From Hemiscyllium ocellatum (Eukaryota): 64,000 nt of DNA. Position numbers and translations under genes: made by a program. Under the pieces are notes generated by a model. That model saw only the letters and a list, made by a program, of their open reading frames with translations. It was not told where the DNA came from and searched no databases. Location: contig NC_083430.1 in NCBI RefSeq assembly GCF_020745735.1, forward strand, positions 39,422,909 through 39,486,908, in the 5' to 3' direction. Of this stretch, positions 63,560 to 64,000 are shown piece after piece (the stretch's first letter is position 1; every line of letters begins with the position of its first letter).

Positions 63560-63923
63560 AAGCTAATTTCGAGCCACACAATCGGGCATGGTACTTTTAT
63601 ATATGGACCGCCTGACTCAGAGTTAGTGAGATTTCCTCCGCACCACAAGGGCCCATGCAACTGAGGCTTTTGTTGAGGCCCTGGTTGCTAGGGCCCGATT
63701 CCCGAATGTTCCAGTTACCTTGGTGACCGTACAGTCTGCGTCACACCCACGTTCATTCTATTGGTTTAACGTCATACGTAATGGATCGGCGCGTCTGGTG
63801 ATTGGTTGAAAGACCTGTCCATCAACTCTTGACCGCGGTGGCACGACTTCCGGGTGAGCGGCCCGGGGCCTGTAGCGTGGTTGAGCGACAGCTTGAGGGG
63901 AGCAGCACCGAGTCGGAGAAACG
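63560..63923 (+). promoter_or_regulatory. NUDC: NUDC CpG-island promoter and 5' UTR
   Basis: CpG-rich; ATTGG boxes at 63760 and 63801; CRE-like CGTCA motifs; ETS/GABP site ACTTCCGG at 63846-63853. Confidence 0.75.
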
Positions 63924-64000
63924 ATGGGGGACTCATCCGGCGAGGATCGCTTCGATGGCATTCTGCTGGCGATGGCCCAGCAACATGAAGGGGGTGTTCA
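63924..64000 (+). CDS. NUDC: Nuclear migration protein nudC, first coding exon (truncated by window end)
   Basis: ATG at 63924 gives MGDSSGEDRFDGILLAMAQQHEGGV..., matching the NUDC N-terminus (ERFDGMLLAMAQQHEGGVQ). It lies in a CpG island, divergent from NR0B2 as in mammals. Confidence 0.93.
   Translation, partial: MGDSSGEDRFDGILLAMAQQHEGGV

Overview
Vertebrate genomic DNA, most likely from a shark (inferred from the CR1/HE1-type SINE/Penelope repeat content and the protein divergence). There are five recognisable protein-coding genes. Four are complete on the minus strand: DHDDS (8 coding exons), GPN2 (5 coding exons, last intron U12-type), GPATCH3 (7 coding exons) and NR0B2/SHP (2 exons). 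The first coding exon of NUDC starts on the plus strand at the right edge. A large part of the rest is retroelements: nested CR1 LINEs of several ages, a solo LTR, tRNA-derived SINEs and Penelope-like elements. Notable observations: (1) a full-length, TSD-flanked, ORF1-only L1 derivative (HAL1-like) with an intact 277-aa ORF1 in a DHDDS intron; (2) about 11 minimal hammerhead-ribozyme cores from three Penelope-like families, including ~95-130 bp ribozyme-only insertions with their own 8-9 bp TSDs; (3) a CR1 inserted about 9 nt upstream of the splice acceptor of the GPN2 start-codon exon; (4) a U12 intron in GPN2; (5) DHDDS directly adjacent to GPN2, unlike the human gene order. Gene coordinates were read by hand from splice sites. 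Boundaries of old repeats are approximate.
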